Positions 57,668-64,000 of a stretch of DNA of 64,000 nucleotides are shown here, in pieces (positions within the stretch are counted from its first letter, which is position 1; each line of letters starts with the position of its first letter). The notes under the pieces were generated by a model. The model had not been told where the DNA came from. It saw only the letters and a program-made list of their open reading frames with translations, and did not search any database. The stretch comes from Candidatus Dojkabacteria bacterium (GTDB lineage Bacteria; Patescibacteriota; Dojkabacteria; B142; JAFGMG01): the NCBI GenBank assembly GCA_016927655.1, contig JAFGMG010000001.1, positions 179,599-243,598 on the forward strand, written 5' to 3'. The position numbers were made by a program, and so were the translations under genes.

Positions 57668-58348
57668 TTGAACGATACTAATCCATTTTTCTATGATCCG
57701 CCACAAGACCAGGTCAAAGGCGGCGTAATAATTGACATCATGCAGACGATTGTAATTGCCCTGGCAATATTTGTCTTCGTCTATATTTTCTTGGCCATCC
57801 CAAATCAAGTAGATGGTCAGTCTATGGAACCGAATTTTTATCATAACGAACTACTCCTAACTAATAAGGTTATCCAATTTATCGGGGACAAGGGCATTGG
57901 AGAAAGCCTCGGCTACGACTACAAAAGAGGGGATGTAGTTATTATGCAGTTACCAAATAATCCTGACTTTATAAAAAGAATTGTAGCTGGACCTGGCGAT
58001 ACTCTAAAAATTGAAGATCATCACGTAATTGTAAATGATATGGTTTTAAATGAAGCCTATATACCAACTACTACTAGAACCGATCCCGGGACATTTCTTG
58101 AAGAGGGTGTCGAAGTAACAGTCCCGGATGGACATTATTTTGTTATGGGGGACAACAGACAAGCAAGTAAAGATAGTAGATCAGCAGATGTCGGGTTTGT
58201 AAATAGAAAATACCTCAAAGGAAAAGTTTTCTTGAGATGGTGGCCATTAAATAGATTTGGGCTAATTGGGACCGGGAATTATACCGAAGAACCGGCCACC
58301 CAGACCGAATCAGACACAAGTCAGTTCCTGCTGCCCCAAGTAATGTAA
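57668..58348 (+). CDS. lepB: signal peptidase I
   Basis: N-terminal TM helix; GQSMEPNF (catalytic Ser); KRIVAGPGD; VMGDNRQASKDSR (the GDN...S.DSR box). Confidence 0.85.
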   Translation: MNDTNPFFYDPPQDQVKGGVIIDIMQTIVIALAIFVFVYIFLAIPNQVDGQSMEPNFYHNELLLTNKVIQFIGDKGIGESLGYDYKRGDVVIMQLPNNPDFIKRIVAGPGDTLKIEDHHVIVNDMVLNEAYIPTTTRTDPGTFLEEGVEVTVPDGHYFVMGDNRQASKDSRSADVGFVNRKYLKGKVFLRWWPLNRFGLIGTGNYTEEPATQTESDTSQFLLPQVM

Positions 58349-58349
58349 T

Positions 58350-59102
58350 ATGATTATCGCATTCACAAACCAAAAAGGCGGAGTTGGCAAAACAACATCC
58401 GCATTAAATATCGGAGTATACCTCGCCAGCATGGGCAAAAAGGTATTACTCGTTGATGTTGATCCACAGGCAAACCTAACCTCAGGCATAGGGTTTGAAC
58501 GGACAAATCAAGGAAATGGAGCTTATGAGCTGCTGACACAGAAGATTCCAGCTGCAAAGAGTTTTTTCAGCACAAAAATTGAAAACCTTTATATAATCCC
58601 CTCTTCAATCGATCTTGCTGGAGCTGAAGTTGAACTCGTAAGCGCAATGAACAGGGAGCGAATTCTTTTTACTGCACTCAATGAAATAAAAAACTCATTT
58701 GATTTTGTATTGATTGACTGCCCGCCATCTCTGGGCCTTTTGACATTAAATGCGCTTACCTCAGCTGATGGAGTCATTATTCCGGTGCAGTGCGAATATT
58801 TTGCCCTCGAGGGACTTGGGCAGCTCATGAATACGATAAAGCTCGTAAAGAAAAATCTGAATCCAACTTTAAGCATTAAAGGAGTTCTGCTTACGATGTT
58901 TGATTCAAGAACGAATTTATCAAAAGAGATCGTAAACGAAGTGCAGGAATTTTTTAAAGATAAAGTTTTCAAAACAGTAGTGCCTAGAAATGTTCGCTTA
59001 TCTGAAGCGCCTTCCCATGGCGACCCGATAAGTACTTATGATCCAAAATCGCCTGGAGCGCTTGCATATAAATCTCTAGCCAAAGAAATTTTGAAAAAAT
59101 AA
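58350..59102 (+). CDS. parA: chromosome partitioning ATPase ParA/Soj
   Basis: IIAFTNQKGGVGKTTSALNIG is a deviant Walker A motif. 250 aa. Confidence 0.85.
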   Translation: MIIAFTNQKGGVGKTTSALNIGVYLASMGKKVLLVDVDPQANLTSGIGFERTNQGNGAYELLTQKIPAAKSFFSTKIENLYIIPSSIDLAGAEVELVSAMNRERILFTALNEIKNSFDFVLIDCPPSLGLLTLNALTSADGVIIPVQCEYFALEGLGQLMNTIKLVKKNLNPTLSIKGVLLTMFDSRTNLSKEIVNEVQEFFKDKVFKTVVPRNVRLSEAPSHGDPISTYDPKSPGALAYKSLAKEILKK

Positions 59103-59119
59103 ATTCTTAACAGAAAACA

Positions 59120-59692
59120 ATGCAAAAAAACTGGAATAAATTCTTTGATTCACACGGGAGATTCTATCTACTGCCACATGAAGATATTACAAAATTTATA
59201 AATCTATGCAAAGAGAGAAAATTAAATAAAATCCTGGATTTGGGATGCGGTCCGGGTCGCCATGTAGTTAAACTTGCAGAGGAAGGTTTTGAGGTCTTTG
59301 GAATTGATATCTCCCCATCAGCAGCAAGTCTTGCGGAAAAATGGCTTCATCAGAAAAACCTAGAAGCAGAAATTTTTGTGGCGGATTTTGATGACAAGCA
59401 AAAAGACTTTGAAGATAATTCTTTTGATGCGATTCTAGCCGTCAATACTCTTGAATATGGCCAGCAGGGGGAATTCGGAGAGAATCTTAAGCAGATAGGC
59501 AGACTTCTTAGAAAAGGCGGCCTCGTTTTTATCGTTTATCGAAGCGAGCAGTCACAGCTCAAACACCCCGATGTCCCGGTGCAATTTAAAAGTGAAGAAG
59601 ATCTAAAAGCAGAAATTGCCAAACACTTTGAAATCGAAGATTTTCACATTGATCAAAAACATAATTTTGTAGTTTTCGCAAAAAAAGCTTAA
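59120..59692 (+). CDS. class I SAM-dependent methyltransferase
   Basis: ILDLGCGPGRH (motif I), FGIDISP (motif II), FDAILAVNTL. 190 aa. Inserted between parA and parB. Confidence 0.75.
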   Translation: MQKNWNKFFDSHGRFYLLPHEDITKFINLCKERKLNKILDLGCGPGRHVVKLAEEGFEVFGIDISPSAASLAEKWLHQKNLEAEIFVADFDDKQKDFEDNSFDAILAVNTLEYGQQGEFGENLKQIGRLLRKGGLVFIVYRSEQSQLKHPDVPVQFKSEEDLKAEIAKHFEIEDFHIDQKHNFVVFAKKA

Positions 59693-59701
59693 AATATCAT
59701 T

Positions 59702-60562
59702 ATGACAGCTAAAAAACTCGGATCAGGACTTTCGTCTCTGATATCAGAAAGTACAATTGAAGAAATTGAACAAGCATACATTCCAAATTTCGATATTTCG
59801 AAAATTGATGTAAATCCCTATCAGCCAAGAATGGAGATGAAAAATGACGAGTTGCTTGAACTGGCTGATTCTATAAGAGAACATGGCGTAATTGAACCTT
59901 TGATAATTACCAAAACCAAAGACGGAGAGTATCATTTAATCGCTGGAGAAAGAAGACTTCGAGCATCAAGACTGGCGAAATTAAAAACCGTTCCAGTTGT
60001 CATTAAAGAAGCCTCACCACAACAAGTTCTAGAGCTGGCTGTCGTTGAAAACGTCCAAAGAGCAGATCTCAACCCACTTGAAGAAGGCATGGCCTATGAC
60101 CAGCTAGCCCAGGAATTCAAACTCACTCATGCAGAAATTGCAAAGAAAGTGGGGCTTTCCAGGCCTGCAATCGCAAATAAAATCAGGCTGCTCAATCTCC
60201 CAAGCGAGATTAAAAAAGGTCTGCTGGAAGGTGAAATTGACGAGGGTCATGCACGCGCCCTTCTTGGCCTAAATTCAAATGAATCCATGGTATCTGCATA
60301 TCAAATGATTGTTAAAGATCATTTAAGCGTCCGTGCAGTCGAAGAACTTGTTAGAAGATTGAGCAAAGGCCCAAGAAAACAAGTCAAAGCAACTGACAGA
60401 TTATTAGACTCCTATACTCAAGAAGTTGAGACAACTCTTCAGAACTTCTTTAGTCAAAAAACAACACTCTTCCGCTCTAGAAAAGGCGGGAAGATAGTTA
60501 TACCATTCACCAGTGATAAAGAATTAGAAGAGATTGTTAGCAAATTACGACCTTCCAGATAA
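59702..60562 (+). CDS. parB: chromosome partitioning protein ParB/Spo0J
   Basis: IEPLIITKTKDGEYHLIAGERRLRASRLA is the ParB box with GERRxRA; HTH region EIAKKVGLSRPAIANKIRLL. Confidence 0.85.
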   Translation: MTAKKLGSGLSSLISESTIEEIEQAYIPNFDISKIDVNPYQPRMEMKNDELLELADSIREHGVIEPLIITKTKDGEYHLIAGERRLRASRLAKLKTVPVVIKEASPQQVLELAVVENVQRADLNPLEEGMAYDQLAQEFKLTHAEIAKKVGLSRPAIANKIRLLNLPSEIKKGLLEGEIDEGHARALLGLNSNESMVSAYQMIVKDHLSVRAVEELVRRLSKGPRKQVKATDRLLDSYTQEVETTLQNFFSQKTTLFRSRKGGKIVIPFTSDKELEEIVSKLRPSR

Positions 60563-60623
60563 ATTAGCATTTTTAACGCTTAATGTTTTGCGTTATAATA
60601 ACTTCAATTGATTCAAGAAAAAT

Positions 60624-61868
60624 ATGGCACGCGTCATTATCTCAGCAGGACATACAAACGATCAGCCGGGAACCATTGCAAATGGGATACGGGAAGTTGA
60701 TCTGACTCGTAAAATCGCAGGGGAAGTGATAAAAGAACTTCGCAAAGAAGAGATTATTACATTGAGCGTTCCTCCAAATCTGGATCTTGCAAGAAGAATT
60801 TCCTGGATCAATCAAACCGGTTACACCGAAGAAGACGGAGATATTGCAATCGAAATTCATATAAACGAAGGCGGGAAAAGCGGGGTCGAAGGCTGGCATC
60901 AAGCTGATAAAAATAATTCTATTGAGCTTACCAAGGCAATTTGCGAAAGGATAAAAACAGATCTGGGCTGGGAAATTCAAGGAGTAAAAAGCGAGTATGA
61001 GCATGAGCTTGGGTCTCTGGCCTTCCTCCACAATACAAATCCGATTTCAAGTCTGATCGAATGCGGATACATTGATAATGAGGAAGATTTGAAAATTCTA
61101 AAAAGCGACGATGGGCTAAAAAAACTTGCAGGTTCAATCGCCAAAGGAATTTTGAAATATCTTGGAAAAGCAGTAAAACCCAGCACAAATACTTCTGTGA
61201 CTCAGCCAATTTCGTCAACTCCTCAACCACCGCCTGCAGCAGCTGCTCAACAGCCGCCAATAGATACAAACCAGCCAACTGCATACAATCCGCCAGTAAG
61301 CCAATATGCTCCTCCTCAAAACAACCCATATGCAAGTTCAGGCGGGTATAATCCGCCCGCAAACATAGGCATGGGTGCACAGGGTTTCGGTGGAGGGATC
61401 CAAGCAGGAGCTGGAGCAGGAGGAGGTTATATGAACCGTGAAGAACGGAAAGACATGATAAGAAATAATTACGTAAAAATCCTTGGACGGGAGCCAAATC
61501 AAGCCGATCTAAATTATTTTCTTAATCTTGGCACTTCAGAAGAACAACTTATCAAGCGGATGATTGATTCTCAAGAACATGCAGACCTGGTGAAAGCCAG
61601 GCAGGAAGTGATTAAAACAAAAGAAACGCTCTCCAAGCACACTACTGACATTCTTTATCTACGGACAAAAGTTACTGATCAGCAGGGAATTATCAAAAAC
61701 CTCAATCAGCTTCTCATTCAAAAAAACCGGGCTATTTATCAGCTCAATCTTGCTCTTCGAGGCTTCAGACAGCAAAACCCTCCTCAGACTAAGCCTCGGA
61801 AAATAAAATACAAAAAGACTTTTTCTGAAAAATTCCTCGACTATTTCAGCAACAAGCTTGGTTCTTGA
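60624..61868 (+). CDS. N-acetylmuramoyl-L-alanine amidase (Amidase_3) with Pro/Gln-rich linker, DUF4214-like segment and C-terminal coiled coil
   Basis: ARVIISAGHTNDQPG...EIHINEG has Amidase_3 zinc-ligand spacing. Low-complexity PQPPPAAAAQQPP...GGGIQAGAGAGGG linker. ILGREPNQADLNYFLNLGTSEEQL resembles DUF4214. Heptad-like C-terminus. Confidence 0.7.
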   Translation: MARVIISAGHTNDQPGTIANGIREVDLTRKIAGEVIKELRKEEIITLSVPPNLDLARRISWINQTGYTEEDGDIAIEIHINEGGKSGVEGWHQADKNNSIELTKAICERIKTDLGWEIQGVKSEYEHELGSLAFLHNTNPISSLIECGYIDNEEDLKILKSDDGLKKLAGSIAKGILKYLGKAVKPSTNTSVTQPISSTPQPPPAAAAQQPPIDTNQPTAYNPPVSQYAPPQNNPYASSGGYNPPANIGMGAQGFGGGIQAGAGAGGGYMNREERKDMIRNNYVKILGREPNQADLNYFLNLGTSEEQLIKRMIDSQEHADLVKARQEVIKTKETLSKHTTDILYLRTKVTDQQGIIKNLNQLLIQKNRAIYQLNLALRGFRQQNPPQTKPRKIKYKKTFSEKFLDYFSNKLGS

Positions 61869-62095
61869 AACTGGACTAAAATGCCTCTAACTGATATCAT
61901 TACATAGGTTAGTATTTGCTTGAGCTGAAAAGGGTTTGTGAGCTTTGAATCATTTGGAATTATTAGAAAAGTTTAAATTTATGAGTTCAATTATCATCAA
62001 TTTTGAACAATTTGCGAGACAATTCCTTCACCCTCTTTTTGCTTGCCCAAGCTTACTAATCAATGCAAATTAGTAATATTTATTAATTCAAATAC

Positions 62096-63637
62096 ATGGA
62101 AGTATTATTGGTACTTGTACTGATATTACTTGCTATTGCATTTGCCGGAGTCGGGGTTCTTTTTTCGAATAATAAAAATTTGACGAAGAAATTGAATGAC
62201 AAGAAAGAACTTCTGCTCGATGAAGATGAGGCAATCAAGAAAGCAAGTGATCGTGCAAAAAGCATCTTACTTGATGCTCAAAACAAAGCTCTGGAAACCT
62301 CTTCAAAAGCAAAAGAAGATGCCAGAAATCTTCTTACTGAAGTTGAAGAAAGAGAGAAACAGCTTGATACAAGAGAGAAAAAAATTCTTGAGCGATCAAA
62401 TACGCTGGATCAAAGATTTGACAGTCTTGAGAGCAAAGAGAAATCTCTCGAGCAATCAAAAAGAGACGTCAAGACTTTGCGAAATGAAATCGTCCAGAAA
62501 CTTGAAAAAGTTGCCGGTATGACCAGACAGCAGGCAGAGAAAGTTCTAAGAGAAGAACTTGAATCAGAACTTTCTGAATGGACTGCTAAAAAGATCAAAG
62601 AAGCCGAATTTGAAATTCAGGCTAAATCAGATGAAAAGAGCAAAGAAATTCTAATCGATGTTATGCAGAAAAGTGCTACTGATTATGTTGCAGAAAGTAC
62701 TTCTACAACAATTGACATTGACAATGAAGATCTAAAAGGGAAAATAATCGGTAAAGAAGGAAGAAATATCCGGACTTTTGAGAGACTTACCGGGGTTGAC
62801 TTTATCGTTGATGAAGCACCAAACCAGGTCACTCTCTCCTCTTTTGACCCAGTCAGAAGAGAGGTTGCGGCATTGACTCTTCAAAAACTTCTTAAAGATG
62901 GAAGAATTCATCCGGGAAGCATTGAACAAACGGTTAATGATGTAAAAAGACAGATCGCAAGAGAAATCAGGAAGAATGGTGAACAGCTCGCATATGAAGC
63001 AGGCTTCAACGATCTGCCACTTGAAATTATCAAACTACTTGGAAGGTTTAAATACAGATTTAGCTACGGGCAGAATCTGGCGAAACATACTCTTGAGATG
63101 ATAAAACTATCTCAACAACTGGCTTCAGAGCTTGGTGCTGATGTAAAACTCTCAAAGAAAGCCTGCCTGCTTCATGATATTGGAAAAGTTCTAACTCATG
63201 AGATCGAAGGCAAACCGCATCATCACATTTCCGGCGATATTGTCAGAAAATATTTGAAAGATGAGAAACTGGCAAACGCAGTTGAAGCACATCATGGAGA
63301 CATCGAGGCCAAATCGCTTGAAGCTGAAATTGTAAAAATCGCCGATGCAATATCTGGGGCAAGACCAGGAGCTAGGAGAAACACCTATGAAGAATATATT
63401 CAGCGGGTCAAGGCACTGGAAGATATTGCGAAACAGTACGACGAAGTTCACGAAGCTTATGCAATTCACGCAGGCCGTGAAGTAAGAGTGATCATCCAGC
63501 CAAAAGAAGCCAGCGATGAAGATACAACAACTCTAGCGCATAAAATCGCAAAGGAAATCGAAGAAACACAGAACTATCCAGGGACAGTTACAGTAACTGC
63601 GATTAGAGAATTTCGCGCCAAGGTCGATGCAAAATAG
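62096..63637 (+). CDS. rny: ribonuclease Y
   Basis: N-terminal TM helix; long coiled coil; KH domain GKIIGKEGRNIRTFERLTGVDFIVD; HD domain HTLEMIKLSQQLA...LLHDIGK. 513 aa. Confidence 0.9.
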   Translation: MEVLLVLVLILLAIAFAGVGVLFSNNKNLTKKLNDKKELLLDEDEAIKKASDRAKSILLDAQNKALETSSKAKEDARNLLTEVEEREKQLDTREKKILERSNTLDQRFDSLESKEKSLEQSKRDVKTLRNEIVQKLEKVAGMTRQQAEKVLREELESELSEWTAKKIKEAEFEIQAKSDEKSKEILIDVMQKSATDYVAESTSTTIDIDNEDLKGKIIGKEGRNIRTFERLTGVDFIVDEAPNQVTLSSFDPVRREVAALTLQKLLKDGRIHPGSIEQTVNDVKRQIAREIRKNGEQLAYEAGFNDLPLEIIKLLGRFKYRFSYGQNLAKHTLEMIKLSQQLASELGADVKLSKKACLLHDIGKVLTHEIEGKPHHHISGDIVRKYLKDEKLANAVEAHHGDIEAKSLEAEIVKIADAISGARPGARRNTYEEYIQRVKALEDIAKQYDEVHEAYAIHAGREVRVIIQPKEASDEDTTTLAHKIAKEIEETQNYPGTVTVTAIREFRAKVDAK

Positions 63638-63681
63638 TTTCGGAAATAAGGTTTAACTATTGGGAATTGTAGTAGATTATT

Positions 63682-63713
63682 GGGCGAAGTCTTTTGACTT
63701 CGCCCTTTTCTTT
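63682..63713 (+). terminator. rho-independent terminator downstream of rny
   Basis: GGGCGAAGTC-tttt-GACTTCGCCC is a perfect 10-bp GC-rich stem, followed by TTTTCTTT. Confidence 0.75.
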
Positions 63714-63748
63714 AGAGATAATTCTTATAAATTTGGTAATACTAATAT

Positions 63749-64000
63749 ATGCAAAATCTAATAAAAAAACTCCGCAAAGAACTCTACAGCAAACCCTCGC
63801 CAGGGAAAATTTTAAATGACATGATGGACAAGAAATTGAAAGAATTCGCGAAGCAACATCGACATGATGAGGAGGCCTTATGGATAGGTTCTTACCTTGC
63901 AGATATGAAAATCACAGAAGCACTAGAAACAGGCGATATAACTAAGCATGTCCCAATGGCTTCTAAATATGCACGGCAAATATTTAAGCAATATTCTATC
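63749..64000 (+). CDS. hypothetical protein, 5' fragment (continues beyond the window end)
   Basis: ATG at 63749, open to the window edge (MQNLIKKLRKELYSKPSPGKILNDMMDKKLKEFAKQHRHDEE...). No family recognised. Confidence 0.3.
   Translation, partial: MQNLIKKLRKELYSKPSPGKILNDMMDKKLKEFAKQHRHDEEALWIGSYLADMKITEALETGDITKHVPMASKYARQIFKQYSI

Noticed and set aside
60570-60600. Sigma70-like promoter for the amidase gene (TATAAT at 60591-60596)
   Set aside because: The -10 is perfect, but the best -35 candidate (tttaac/ttttaa) matches at most 3/6. Plausible, but not supportable as a feature without TSS data.
62083-62265. 60-aa minus-strand ORF overlapping the rny start
   Set aside because: It is antisense to the rny N-terminal TM-helix codons, low-complexity (SSSSRSS), with no RBS context. 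An artefact.
1-64000. Alternative genetic code (UGA recoding, as in some CPR lineages)
   Set aside because: Long housekeeping ORFs (ileS, rny, prs, fmt) are intact under the standard code, and TGA is used as a genuine stop, e.g. the ATGA overlap at 1771-1774. The TAA at 25891 is an isolated event, not a systematic pattern.
1-64000. tRNA/rRNA genes
   Set aside because: All non-coding gaps are under 230 nt and AT-rich, and none shows T-arm (GGTTCGAATCC-like) or acceptor-stem structure. The GGTTCG hits lie inside CDSs, e.g. in the FG-GAP repeats.

Overview
This 64 kb window is from a low-GC (about mid-30s % GC by eye), gene-dense bacterial chromosome read with the standard code. All three stop codons are used; TGA is a genuine stop, e.g. 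the ATGA overlap at 1771-1774. I found no rRNA, tRNA or CRISPR array. The layout suggests a small-genome uncultivated lineage such as CPR/Patescibacteria-like, but that is inference only.

About 48 kb (1-49008) is one large cell-envelope glycan island:
- A dTDP-L-rhamnose operon (galE-rmlC-NUDIX-NUDIX-rmlD | ORF6N(-) | rmlB-rmlA).
- Nucleotide-sugar enzymes: a UDP-sugar dehydrogenase, a UDP-GlcNAc 2-epimerase-like enzyme, a CapD/PglF-type 4,6-dehydratase with its reductase, and several SDR epimerases.
- At least 12 glycosyltransferases, including two inverted paralogous tri-domain GT2-GT2-GT4 giants. One of these is interrupted by a single in-frame TAA, and a (ATTTATC)7 microsatellite sits directly upstream of it.
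- Two polyprenyl-phosphate sugar synthases (GT2) and a GT-C (ArnT/PMT-like) transferase.
- A LicC-like cytidylyltransferase plus a TagF-like CDP-alcohol phosphotransferase.
- A Wzm/Wzt ABC exporter.
- A 1201-aa secreted protein that fuses an Amidase_2/PGRP domain, a subtilisin S8 domain and seven FG-GAP-like repeats.

The island ends with the module I consider most interesting: three consecutive large polytopic membrane proteins, an extended SDR, a UbiA-family prenyl-phosphate phosphoribosyltransferase-like gene, a HAD phosphatase, rpiB and prs. This looks like a decaprenyl-phospho-arabinose/ribose-like lipid-linked pentose donor pathway.

The remainder is housekeeping: radC, an NYN-domain protein, fmt, an FNR-like reductase, ileS, lepB, parA-MTase-parB, an Amidase_3 cell-wall hydrolase, and rny with a clear rho-independent terminator.
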